A stretch of DNA of 64,000 nt from an uncultured Planctomycetales bacterium (GTDB taxonomy: Bacteria > Omnitrophota > Gorgyraeia > Zapsychrales > JANLHA01), in contig CAYJXI010000008.1 in assembly GCA_964374105.1 (NCBI GenBank), positions 2,589 through 66,588 on the forward strand, read 5' to 3'. Position 1 is the first letter of the stretch, and the number at the start of each line of letters is the position of its first letter. This document shows positions 1 through 8,769 of this stretch, piece by piece. The notes beneath the pieces are model-generated. The model did no database searches, was not told the origin of the DNA, and saw only the letters and a program-made list of their open reading frames with translations. A program made the translations under genes and the position numbers.

Positions 1-1
1 C

Positions 2-769
2 AATAAAATCAATTCTTCGGATATCAATATTATCACTTTAGAGGATCCCGTGGAATATAAGATCATGGGGATGAACCAATGTGATATTAGAACCCGTTCT
101 GATTTTAAATTTTCCGATGGACTCAAAGCCGTATTAAGACAGGACCCAGATGTGATTCTGGTGGGAGAGGTCAGGGACAAAGAGACCGCGGATATCGCCA
201 TTCGGGCTGCCATCTCTGGACATTTGGTATTTAGCTCCATTCACGCTAATAGTTCTATTGGTACAGTCGTAAGACTTGTCAACATGGGGTTGGAGCCTTT
301 TATGGTTTCTTATTCCATGATTGGAGCCATTGCCCAAAGGTTAGTCAGAAAAGTTTGCACCCAATGTAAGGTGGAAGAACCCGTCAATCAAGAATTGATT
401 AGTCATTTAAAGAATCATTATGAAATTGATATTGATTCTTTACTTCTTAAGAGTTCAAAATTTTTAGAAGGCAAGAAAGAGGACTCGCGTTCAGAATTCT
501 CTGCCAAGGGACAATCCCCTGTTTTTTATAAAGGTGCGGGCTGCCAATATTGTTTTGGGACAGGGTATATGGGCCGCGTGGGTATTTTTGAAATTGTATT
601 GTTTGATGAAGAGTTAAGACATGGGATTCTCCGTGGAGCAAATTCTTGGGAATTGCAAGATATTGCTATTCGAAAGGGTGCTAAAACTTTAGCCTTGGAT
701 GCCCTCCATAAGGTAAGAAGTGGTCTGACAAGTTTGGAAGAAGTTTATTCTATACTGATTGAAGATTAA
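2..769 (+). CDS. pilB: Type IV pilus / type II secretion assembly ATPase (PilB/GspE family), 5'-truncated by the window edge. Only the C-terminal part including the tetracysteine Zn module is present.
   Basis: The frame is open from nt 2 and encodes NIITLEDPVEYKI upstream of the tracked ORF. Motifs ILVGEVRD and LVFSSIHANS are present, with CTQC...CQYC cysteines typical of the GspE C-terminal domain. Confidence 0.85.
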   Translation, partial: NKINSSDINIITLEDPVEYKIMGMNQCDIRTRSDFKFSDGLKAVLRQDPDVILVGEVRDKETADIAIRAAISGHLVFSSIHANSSIGTVVRLVNMGLEPFMVSYSMIGAIAQRLVRKVCTQCKVEEPVNQELISHLKNHYEIDIDSLLLKSSKFLEGKKEDSRSEFSAKGQSPVFYKGAGCQYCFGTGYMGRVGIFEIVLFDEELRHGILRGANSWELQDIAIRKGAKTLALDALHKVRSGLTSLEEVYSILIED

Positions 770-781
770 ATAAATTAAATA

Positions 782-826
782 GGGACAGATACCTATTTTT
801 CAAAAAATAGGCATCTGTCCCCTTTT
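782..826 (+). terminator. Rho-independent terminator after pilB: 19-bp near-perfect stem GGGACAGATACCTATTTTT / AAAAATAGGCATCTGTCCC, 3-nt loop, then CTTTT
   Basis: The inverted repeat was read directly and is followed by a T-run 10 nt before the next ATG. Confidence 0.7.
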
Positions 827-836
827 ATGCTAATCA

Positions 837-2348
837 ATGAAACAATTAGACATTTTATTTATCCACCCTAACGCCTCGCAAAAGATCTATCAAGATCTCA
901 GTAAAGACTATTCTGCTATTGAACCCCCGATTTGGGCTGGAATGCTTTTATCGCACTGTCTTAAGGCTGGGTTTAGAGCGGAGATTCTAGATTGTGAAGC
1001 CTTGCATTTGTCCGATGAAGAGGCTTCCCAGAAAATCCAGAAATCAAATCCGCGTGTCGCCTGTTTTGTTATTTATGGCCAGCAGCCCAGTGCTAGTTCC
1101 CAGAATATGGAAGGAGCGGTCTCACTGGCCAAGACGATTAAAGGCTTAAATCCTCAAATCAAAATCCTGTTTGTGGGGGGGCATGTCAGTGCCTTACCAC
1201 GGGAGGTGATGGAGAAACATCTCTGTGTGGATATGGTTTGTCAGAATGAAGGGGTTTATACGATATCCACTCTGTTAAAAACGAATTTGAAAGATAACTT
1301 AAAGGAGGTCAATGGCCTAGGCTTTAGGAGCAACGGTATGACCATCTTAAATAAACCCTCCCCTATTGTCGCAAAGGAGGATCTTTCCCAGCAATTACCG
1401 GGCAGTGTCTGGGATAAATTGCCGATGAAACAGTATCGAACCGCTCTCTGGCATGCCTTGCCTAATGATTGTGTCCGCCAACCTTTTGCCGCATTATACA
1501 CAAGTTTAGGATGTCCTTTTCGATGTAGTTTTTGTATGATCAACATCATTAATCGGCAAGAGAATGAGTATGCGGATGGAAGCAACGTCTTTCGGTATTG
1601 GGATCCGGAATTCATCATTGAAGAATTTGATAAATTGGCTCGGATGGAGATAAAAAATATTAAGATCGCTGATGAGATGTTTGTTCTTAATCCCAATCAT
1701 TTTATGAAATTATGCCAATTGATTATTGAGAGAGGGTACCAGTTCAATCTCTGGTGCTATGCCAGGATTGATACCGTCAAAGAACAATATCTGGAAACTT
1801 TAAAGAAAGCCGGTGTGAATTTCTTAGCTTTAGGGATTGAGAGCGGGGATAAAAAGGTCAGAAGCGATGTCGTTAAGGGCAAGTTTGAGGAGATCGATAT
1901 CCGTGATATTGTCAAAAAAATCCGATCCCATGGGATTTATGTTGCTGCCAATTACATCTTTGGTCTTCCGGAAGATAATTTGGAGACAATGCAACGGACC
2001 CTGGATTTAGCCTTGGAATTAAATACCGAAATGGCTAATTTTTACAGTGCCATGGCTTATCCGGGAAGTCCTTTGTATGGAATCGCCCAAAAAGAAGGGT
2101 GGAGACTTCCCGAGACATACGCTGCATATTCTCAGCATTCTTATTATACTCAGCCATTACCCACAAAATATCTCACTCCCCAGCAAGTTCTGGCCTTTCG
2201 CGATGAGGCGTGGATGAAGTACCATACCAACCCTCGATTTTTGAATTTATTGAGAGAAAAATTTGGACAGATGGCTGTTGAGGAAACCGTAAGATCAACC
2301 AAGATCAAGTTAAGAAGAAAAATTTTAGAAGAGGTCACGACCGTATGA
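837..2348 (+). CDS. B12-binding (class B) radical SAM protein
   Basis: N-terminal Rossmann-like B12-binding region (ILFIHPN...PPIWAGMLLS...AEILD). CPFRCSFC CxxxCxxC radical SAM motif. Stop overlaps the next ATG (ATGA). Confidence 0.75.
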   Translation: MKQLDILFIHPNASQKIYQDLSKDYSAIEPPIWAGMLLSHCLKAGFRAEILDCEALHLSDEEASQKIQKSNPRVACFVIYGQQPSASSQNMEGAVSLAKTIKGLNPQIKILFVGGHVSALPREVMEKHLCVDMVCQNEGVYTISTLLKTNLKDNLKEVNGLGFRSNGMTILNKPSPIVAKEDLSQQLPGSVWDKLPMKQYRTALWHALPNDCVRQPFAALYTSLGCPFRCSFCMINIINRQENEYADGSNVFRYWDPEFIIEEFDKLARMEIKNIKIADEMFVLNPNHFMKLCQLIIERGYQFNLWCYARIDTVKEQYLETLKKAGVNFLALGIESGDKKVRSDVVKGKFEEIDIRDIVKKIRSHGIYVAANYIFGLPEDNLETMQRTLDLALELNTEMANFYSAMAYPGSPLYGIAQKEGWRLPETYAAYSQHSYYTQPLPTKYLTPQQVLAFRDEAWMKYHTNPRFLNLLREKFGQMAVEETVRSTKIKLRRKILEEVTTV

Positions 2349-3343
2349 TTATCAGCCGCACTCCTTTCCGTGTTTCATTTTTTGGAGGTGGAACAGATTA
2401 CCCGAAATGGTTTAAGGACTATAAGGGTGCAGTTGTGGCAACAACCATTGATAAGTATTGTTATATTACCTGCCGTTATCTTCCTCCTTTTTTTGAACAT
2501 AGATCAAGAATCATTTATTCTAAGATGGAACATGTCCGAAAAGTCAACGAGATTGATCACCCCGCTGTTCGAGAGGTTCTAAAATTCCTTAAAATTCGTC
2601 AAGGGATAGAAATTCATCATGATGGGGACCTGCCGGCCAGAACTGGTTTAGGGTCCAGTTCGTCATTTACTGTTGGACTTCTAAATAGTTTATATGCTTT
2701 GAAAGGAATCATGCCTACCAAAGAGCGTTTGTCCCAAGAGGCCATTTACGTTGAACAGGTGATGTGTCGCGACAATGTGGGTTGTCAGGATCAGACCTTG
2801 GCGGCCTATGGCGGGTTCAATTATATTGAGTTTGGCGGGAGTAATTATTTAAAGGTAAGTCATATAACTCTGACCGAAGAGAAATTGAAATATTTACAGA
2901 AATGCCTAATGCTTTACTTTACCGGTTTTTCTCGGATGGCCTCAGAGATTGCTGCCCATCAGATCAAAAATATTCCCAATAGAACAAAAGAACTTAAGGC
3001 CATGTATGAGATGACCAAAGAGGCTATTCGAATTCTCAATGGGAAGGACTTACTTGCCTTTGGGAAACTCCTGCATGAAAGTTGGATGCTCAAGAGGACG
3101 TTATCAGATAGGATTTCTACACATTTTATTGATGAGATTTATGAAACTGCCAAACGGGCTGGAGCCGTGGGGGGGAAACTTTTAGGAGCGGGGGGGGGTG
3201 GTTTTATCCTCCTGTTTGTCCCTCCCGAGAAGCAGAAGAAGATTAAAGAAAAACTTAAAAAATTACTTATGATTCCTTTTAAATTTGAGAATCTTGGTAG
3301 CCAAATTATATTCTATCAGCCCAATAGCGGGAAGGTGATTTAA
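2345..3343 (+). CDS. GHMP-family sugar kinase, most similar in motif pattern to D-glycero-alpha-D-manno-heptose 7-phosphate kinase (HddA)
   Basis: N-terminus RTPFRVSFFGGGTDYP and GHMP ATP motif PARTGLGSSSSF. Followed by an HddC-like nucleotidyltransferase, with GmhB in the same locus. Confidence 0.65.
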   Translation: MIISRTPFRVSFFGGGTDYPKWFKDYKGAVVATTIDKYCYITCRYLPPFFEHRSRIIYSKMEHVRKVNEIDHPAVREVLKFLKIRQGIEIHHDGDLPARTGLGSSSSFTVGLLNSLYALKGIMPTKERLSQEAIYVEQVMCRDNVGCQDQTLAAYGGFNYIEFGGSNYLKVSHITLTEEKLKYLQKCLMLYFTGFSRMASEIAAHQIKNIPNRTKELKAMYEMTKEAIRILNGKDLLAFGKLLHESWMLKRTLSDRISTHFIDEIYETAKRAGAVGGKLLGAGGGGFILLFVPPEKQKKIKEKLKKLLMIPFKFENLGSQIIFYQPNSGKVI

Positions 3344-3355
3344 ATTTTAAGTAAA

Positions 3356-3431
3356 AAGCTATCAGCTGTCAGCTTTCAGTTCAAAGATTCATTTTCATTA
3401 AATATTTCTGATAGCTGAAGGCTGATAGCTA
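3356..3431. repeat. Imperfect 23-bp-arm palindromic element (AGCTATCAGCTGTCAGCTTTCAG ... CTGATAGCTGAAGGCTGATAGCT). A second copy lies at 11908-11975.
   Basis: Arms read as reverse complements with about 20 of 23 positions pairing and a 28-nt loop. A related sequence recurs inside the 3' end of CDS 11161-11991. Confidence 0.55.
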
Positions 3432-3445
3432 ATAAGATATTCATT

Positions 3446-4174
3446 GTGAATCCATTAAATGAAATCGATGTTGTTATTTTATGTGGAGGATTAGGGAAAA
3501 GATTGCGGTCAGAGATTGGGCGTTCCCAAAAAACGATGGCCGCAATAAGAGGAGAGCCTTTCTTAAATATTTGGATCAGGGATCTCAGCAAGCAGGGATT
3601 TAGGCGGATCATTTTATGCACTGGCTATCGGGCCGAAAGTGTCCATCGTTACTATCGGAAGAATAATTTTGGGGTTGAGATTGTTTACAGTCGAGAAAAG
3701 AACCCTTTAGGGACGGGTGGGGCCCTTGGACATTCCGGGCCCATGATTCACAGTGATCCATTTTTTGTTTTAAATGGTGATTCGTATTGTGCTGTCAGTT
3801 TTAAGAAGCTCCTTTCTTATCACCATTTAAAGAAATCTCTTGTGACCATCGTTATTTCCAAGGTCAAAAATCAAAAAGATTACGGCTCGGTTAGTTTCCA
3901 TAAAGATAAGAGGATTACGGGTTTTAAGGAGAAGGTCGACTCTTCCTTAAAGAGGAGTCACGCTAGCACAGATTTTTATGCGAATGCTGGTATTTATTGT
4001 TTCCGAAAAAATATCTTTCAATTGATGCCCAAAGTCGCAATATTTTCTTTAGAAAAGGATTTTTTCCCAAGGTTGCTTCGGAAACCTGTTTTTGCCTTTA
4101 AAGTTAATACTCCGTTTTGGGATATAGGAACACCCTATCGTTATCAATATGCGCAAAGCGTTTTAAAAAGATAA
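3446..4174 (+). CDS. Sugar-1-phosphate nucleotidyltransferase, HddC-like (D-glycero-alpha-D-manno-heptose 1-phosphate guanylyltransferase candidate). GTG start.
   Basis: VVILCGGLGKRLRS G-G-x-G-x-R-L motif and overall similarity to HddC/RmlA-type short nucleotidyltransferases. Adjacent to the HddA-like kinase. Confidence 0.65.
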   Translation: MNPLNEIDVVILCGGLGKRLRSEIGRSQKTMAAIRGEPFLNIWIRDLSKQGFRRIILCTGYRAESVHRYYRKNNFGVEIVYSREKNPLGTGGALGHSGPMIHSDPFFVLNGDSYCAVSFKKLLSYHHLKKSLVTIVISKVKNQKDYGSVSFHKDKRITGFKEKVDSSLKRSHASTDFYANAGIYCFRKNIFQLMPKVAIFSLEKDFFPRLLRKPVFAFKVNTPFWDIGTPYRYQYAQSVLKR

Positions 4175-4189
4175 ATCTTACTTTCCTCC

Positions 4190-5437
4190 TTGGATTGCGA
4201 ACTGATTCCATATAAAATCGGAAAGTGTGATCAAAAATCCTCTATATCAACAGAAAGGTTAAAAAAGGTGACAACTCAGAAGGTCTTAAGTACAGAAGCC
4301 AAAACACAATATCGTGTTTCATTTGGGACAGTGTCCATAACCGAGGAAGCCCGTCATTTGATTGATAAGGCCCTTTCCAAAAAGCTTGTCACTCGGGGGA
4401 AATATGTTGAGGAATTTGAAAAACAATTTGCGAAATTATTTGGAACCAAAGAAGCCGTGGCCGTTAGCAGCGGCACTGACGCGGATGCCCTTTCGTTAGC
4501 GGTCCTTTATGATCATGGTGCAAAGCGGGGCGATGAGGTGATTATCCCGGCCTTGACCTTTATTGCCACGGGTAATAGTGTTTTTCAGGCAGGATTTAAA
4601 CCGGTTTTTGTTGATATTAAAAAAGATAATTTGAATATCAATGTCGATCAAATTGAAAAAGCCATAACCCCAAAAACCCGTGCCATTATGCCGGTCCATT
4701 TGATGGGGAAACCTTGCCCAATGGATCGCATCCTAGAAATCGCCAAGAAGTATAAGTTGTTTGTTATTGAAGATGCTGCCGAGGCGCATGGGGCGGAATA
4801 TAAAGGCAAAAAAATCGGAACGTTTGGGAACATGGCCGCGTTTAGTTTATATGCGGCGCATATTATTACAACGATTGAAGGTGGGATGGTGATTACCGAT
4901 GACCCCCAAATGGCGGACGCCTTAAGGTCATTGAGGAATCATGGGATCGTCAATAAATTTGAATTCCAAAGAATCGGGTTTTCGGCCAAGATGAATGAAA
5001 TCGAGGCCGCGATCGGGCTGGGGAATATTAAGATATTTTCCACCATTCTAGAACGCCGAAGAAGAAATCTCCTGTATCTTATAGATCAATTTAAGAAATT
5101 CGAGCATCTTTTTATTACCATCAAAGAAGAAAAAAATGAAAAGATTGGGCCGCATGCCTTCTCCATCATTTTAAGAGAAGGTTTAAAGTTTACCAAAGAT
5201 GAGTTTGTTGATTACTTGGACCAGGAGGGAATTGATTCAAGAAATTTGTTTTACTCTCTTCCCACCCAAACACCCAGTTATCGGTTTTTAGGATACCATT
5301 TAGGAGATTTCCCTGAGGCAGAGTATTGTGGGGATCATGGATTTCATATTGGTATCCATCAGGATCTTGAGTTAGAGCAACTCGACTATGTTGTTGAGAC
5401 CATCGAAAAATTCTTAAAATTAAAAGGAAGGAAATAA
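4190..5437 (+). CDS. DegT/DnrJ/EryC1-family PLP/PMP enzyme with His in place of the Schiff-base Lys: predicted ColD/E1-like nucleotide-sugar 3-dehydratase rather than an aminotransferase. TTG start in the ORF track; the true start may be downstream.
   Basis: SSGTDADALSLAV and EDAAEAHGA motifs are present. The active-site region reads AAFSLYAAHIITTIEGG, where consensus FSFxxxK has H; ColD and E1 dehydrases carry His at this position. Confidence 0.6.
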   Translation: MDCELIPYKIGKCDQKSSISTERLKKVTTQKVLSTEAKTQYRVSFGTVSITEEARHLIDKALSKKLVTRGKYVEEFEKQFAKLFGTKEAVAVSSGTDADALSLAVLYDHGAKRGDEVIIPALTFIATGNSVFQAGFKPVFVDIKKDNLNINVDQIEKAITPKTRAIMPVHLMGKPCPMDRILEIAKKYKLFVIEDAAEAHGAEYKGKKIGTFGNMAAFSLYAAHIITTIEGGMVITDDPQMADALRSLRNHGIVNKFEFQRIGFSAKMNEIEAAIGLGNIKIFSTILERRRRNLLYLIDQFKKFEHLFITIKEEKNEKIGPHAFSIILREGLKFTKDEFVDYLDQEGIDSRNLFYSLPTQTPSYRFLGYHLGDFPEAEYCGDHGFHIGIHQDLELEQLDYVVETIEKFLKLKGRK

Positions 5438-5444
5438 GGGAAAA

Positions 5445-5557
5445 AGGATTTGAGGATCAGAGGATTTAAGGAATAAATGACCAAAGAAACATTCCCTTTT
5501 GGATAACCAAATATTTTAACCCTTGAATCCTCAAATTCTAAAATTCCTAAATCCTCT
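5445..5557. promoter_or_regulatory. Array of four copies of a 12-mer AGGATTTRAGGA (two direct, two inverted) in the 128-bp intergenic region upstream of the GT4 gene: candidate operator array
   Basis: AGGATTTGAGGA (5445-5456) and AGGATTTAAGGA (5461-5472). The reverse complements ATCCTCAAATTC and TCCTAAATCCTC lie at 5527-5557. Confidence 0.35.
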
Positions 5558-5565
5558 ACTATATT

Positions 5566-6690
5566 ATGCGTATTGCTATCAATTGCCGATCATTTCTTAA
5601 CCGACAATATACCGGTATTGGGCGGTATGCTTATAACCTGGTGAAATCTTTGAGTGAAATTGACCATGACAATGAATACTGGCTTTATGCCCAAAAAAAA
5701 TATTTTGATTTCAAAAGACAAGTTCCGCGCATCTCGGCTAAAAATTTTTTTGTTAAAATCGATTGGTTAGGACGGGGGATTGATCGGACTCTTCATCCCG
5801 CTGATATCTATCATTCTCCCAGCCCAGACTATATTAATATCAGTCAGGCTAAGATCATTGTTACGGTTCACGATTTAGTCTACAAGACTTATCCCGAAGG
5901 ACATACCCCGCAAACCATCGAGACAACCGACAAACAGCTAAAGATGATTGTGGAGAAAGCCGACAAGATCATCTGTTGTTCTAAGAGTACAATCAAAGAC
6001 CTCTTGTATTTTTTTAAAGTGGATCCTCAAAAGGTATGCCTCGTTTATCAGGGGGTGGATAAAGCAATCTTTTATCCTATCAATGACATCGAAAGGAGAA
6101 AAGCCCAAAGCATCATCAAAAGAAAAGGGCTCATTCGTCCCTTTATTCTTTTTGTGGGAACGATTGAACCAAGAAAGAATCTTATGAATTTGTTGAAAGC
6201 CTTTTCCATCTTAAAAGAAAAAAAAAGATTCAATGGACAATTGGTTGTCATCGGAATGAAGGGATGGATGATTGAAGGTCTCGAGCAGGTGACTCAAAAA
6301 TTTAAGATTCAGAACTCGGTTCTGTTCCCAGGATATGTGACCGATGAACTCTTGCGCTATTTTTATAACCTGACCGAGGTCTTTGTTTTTCCTTCTTTTT
6401 ATGAAGGTTTTGGTTTCCCAATCGTGGAAGCCTTCAGTTGTGGAACCACGGTCATTACCTCTAATGTCTCTTCTTGTCCAGAAATTGCTTGTGAGGGGGC
6501 CAACCTTATCAACCCACACAGTCCTGAGGAAATCGCCAATGCTATTGGGCAGGTGATAGAAGATGAAAAACTACGTCTCAGTCTTAAAGAGAAAGCCCTC
6601 AAACGGGCGGAAGAGTTTTCCTTTTTAAAAACTGCTCAACAGACATTTAAGATTTACCAAGAAGTCTATGATTCAAGTGACAATGGGTAG
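5566..6690 (+). CDS. GT4-family (GT-B) glycosyltransferase
   Basis: C-terminal FPSFYEGFGFPIVEAFSCGTTVITS matches the GT4 EX7E/EGFG motif. Confidence 0.8.
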   Translation: MRIAINCRSFLNRQYTGIGRYAYNLVKSLSEIDHDNEYWLYAQKKYFDFKRQVPRISAKNFFVKIDWLGRGIDRTLHPADIYHSPSPDYINISQAKIIVTVHDLVYKTYPEGHTPQTIETTDKQLKMIVEKADKIICCSKSTIKDLLYFFKVDPQKVCLVYQGVDKAIFYPINDIERRKAQSIIKRKGLIRPFILFVGTIEPRKNLMNLLKAFSILKEKKRFNGQLVVIGMKGWMIEGLEQVTQKFKIQNSVLFPGYVTDELLRYFYNLTEVFVFPSFYEGFGFPIVEAFSCGTTVITSNVSSCPEIACEGANLINPHSPEEIANAIGQVIEDEKLRLSLKEKALKRAEEFSFLKTAQQTFKIYQEVYDSSDNG

Positions 6691-6727
6691 ATGATGAATC
6701 GATGCTGGGGTGAGGAGTTTTTAAACA

Positions 6728-7579
6728 ATGATGATCAGTGGATTTACGATTATCCGTAATGCAACGAAATTCAGTTATCCTGCGGAGGAATCCATTCTTT
6801 CTATCTTGCCCATCTGCGATGAATTTATTATTAATGTGGGGGATTCTGATGATAAGACTCTCGAAATGATGCAGTCTCTTCAACGTTCTTATCCTGACAA
6901 AATTCGTATCATTGAAAATAAATGGGATTTATCCGAAGGTAAAACGGTTTTATCTAAACAAACCAATATGGCCTTAAAAGAATGTAAAGGGGATTGGGCT
7001 TTTTATCTGCAGTCCGATGAGGTGATCCATGAAAAAGACCTTGTCCATTTAAGAAAGATCATGCACAGGTATTTAAAAGATGAAAATATTGATACCTTTC
7101 GATTCCCATGGTTGCATTTTTATGGGAGCTATTATCGTTACCGTATTGACAGCGGTTGGTATCAGAAACAAGATAGGATTATCCGCAATAACGGTGAGAT
7201 TGAGTCTTTTGGGGATGCTTATGGTTTTCAATGTAAAGACGGGCAGTCCCTCAAACGAAAGAATACAAATTGCTTCCTTTATCATTACGGATGGGTCCAT
7301 TCTGAGCCTGTGATGACCCAGAGAAGGATCAATGCTGAGAAAATTGGATTTACCACATTACAACAGAATGAGCGCGAGCGCGAGTACTCTTTTGGAGATT
7401 TGAACCGATTCCCGATATATTTTGGGAGCCATCCAGCGGTTATGAAAGAAAGGATCGCGGCTCATCATTTGAGTCAGAGAGATTCGGCGAAAATTCACAG
7501 GCGATATTGGTGGCATCCGTTTAAAATTTTCAAGATTAGATATAAGACTCCCTTTCGGCTGAAAACCCGTATTGCTTAA
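6728..7579 (+). CDS. Glycosyltransferase, GT2-like (GT-A fold)
   Basis: N-terminal FTIIRNA...YPAEESILSILPICDEFIINVGDSDDKT resembles GT2 nucleotide-binding and DxD regions. Weak. Confidence 0.4.
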   Translation: MMISGFTIIRNATKFSYPAEESILSILPICDEFIINVGDSDDKTLEMMQSLQRSYPDKIRIIENKWDLSEGKTVLSKQTNMALKECKGDWAFYLQSDEVIHEKDLVHLRKIMHRYLKDENIDTFRFPWLHFYGSYYRYRIDSGWYQKQDRIIRNNGEIESFGDAYGFQCKDGQSLKRKNTNCFLYHYGWVHSEPVMTQRRINAEKIGFTTLQQNEREREYSFGDLNRFPIYFGSHPAVMKERIAAHHLSQRDSAKIHRRYWWHPFKIFKIRYKTPFRLKTRIA

Positions 7580-7580
7580 T

Positions 7581-8645
7581 ATGAAATCCTTTAAAAAGAA
7601 TATTTATGCCGTGATTTTGGCGGGTGGAACAGGGACACGATTTTGGCCGATGAGTCGAAATAAAAAGCCAAAACAGTTTCTTAACCTTTTTGGGAAAAGA
7701 TCATTGTTTAAGGAAACCCTCCTTCGGATCAAATCTTTAATCCCTTCTTCTCATGTGTTGATTGTCACAAATTCACATTTTAGAAAGATTATTAATGACG
7801 AAATAAGACCTTTCCAGATTCCTAGGGCTAATATCTTGTGCGAACCCGAAGGAAAAAATACCGCCCCGGCTATCTGTTGGGCAGCCAGATACATTTTAAG
7901 GAAGAATAAAGAAGGGGTGATGGTGGTGTTGCCTTCGGATCATTTGATCCTCAATCAAAAGGCCTTTTTAAAAAATATAAAAAAGGCCATTGGACTGGCC
8001 GAAAAAGATTATCTTGTGACCTTAGGGATTGTCCCTACGCGACCGGAAACAGGTTACGGGTATCTTAAATTTAAAGTGTTCCGAGATGGTAATAAAAGTT
8101 TATTTAAAGTTGAAAAATTCACAGAGAAACCAACACGATCTTTAGCGCAAAAGTTTATTAGGCAAAAAAGGTATTTGTGGAACAGTGGGATGTTCGTCTT
8201 CAAGTGTTCGGTGATTCTTCGGCAATTCCAGCGCTATCTTCCTTCTATTTATTCCATTTTCCAAAAGGAAAAAACCGTCACCAGGAGATTGTGGATCAAA
8301 TTACCGCAGATCTCTATAGATTATGGAATTTTAGAAAAGGCAAAAAATGTGGTGACGATCCCTGCCTATGACATGCGCTGGTCGGATTTGGGAAGCTTTG
8401 AATCACTCTTTGAGGTCATGAAAACCGACAGCCAAGGAAATATCATTAAGGGTAAGGCTATTGCTTTGGAATGCCGAGATTCCTTGATCCTTGGGAAGAA
8501 TCGTCTGATTGCGGCTGTAGGATTGAAAGATTATCTGATTGTTGATAGCGATGATGCTGTCCTTATCTGTAGTAAAGATAACTCACAGAAGATCCGAGAA
8601 GTCGTAGCGCTATTAAAAAGTTCAAGACAAGAAAGTTTAACCTAA
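7581..8645 (+). CDS. manC: Mannose-1-phosphate guanylyltransferase-like nucleotidyltransferase (ManC N-terminal type, no cupin domain)
   Basis: AVILAGGTGTRFWPMSRNKKPKQFLNLFG is the ManC/GDP-mannose pyrophosphorylase signature. ATG at 7581 sits 1 nt after the upstream stop; the ORF track's TTG at 7572 is less likely. Confidence 0.7.
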   Translation: MKSFKKNIYAVILAGGTGTRFWPMSRNKKPKQFLNLFGKRSLFKETLLRIKSLIPSSHVLIVTNSHFRKIINDEIRPFQIPRANILCEPEGKNTAPAICWAARYILRKNKEGVMVVLPSDHLILNQKAFLKNIKKAIGLAEKDYLVTLGIVPTRPETGYGYLKFKVFRDGNKSLFKVEKFTEKPTRSLAQKFIRQKRYLWNSGMFVFKCSVILRQFQRYLPSIYSIFQKEKTVTRRLWIKLPQISIDYGILEKAKNVVTIPAYDMRWSDLGSFESLFEVMKTDSQGNIIKGKAIALECRDSLILGKNRLIAAVGLKDYLIVDSDDAVLICSKDNSQKIREVVALLKSSRQESLT

Positions 8646-8647
8646 TT

Positions 8648-8738
8648 TGACGGCTCGGGGAGTTTCTCGAGCCGTCATGACCTCTTGGGTAAGGTAGCCC
8701 CTGACTGCCGTCAGGCAGGTAAAATTCCCCGAGGGCTC
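8648..8738. repeat. Structured intergenic region with multiple hairpins (TGACGGCTCG/CGAGCCGTCA 10-bp stem; CCTGAC-TGCC-GTCAGG) and a direct repeat GAGTTTCTC
   Basis: Inverted repeats read directly between the manC-like stop and the GT9 start. Confidence 0.4.
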
Positions 8739-8769
8739 AATTGAGTTTCTCCCAAAGGAGTGTGAAGGA

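Noticed and set aside
134-337. Short antisense ORFs inside long CDSs (for example 134-337, 1256-1696, 2150-2338, 4496-4833, 19151-19668, 52341-52796 and many others in the track)
   Set aside because: They lie within and opposite to well-supported genes and have no RBS or recognisable domains. These are typical shadow ORFs.
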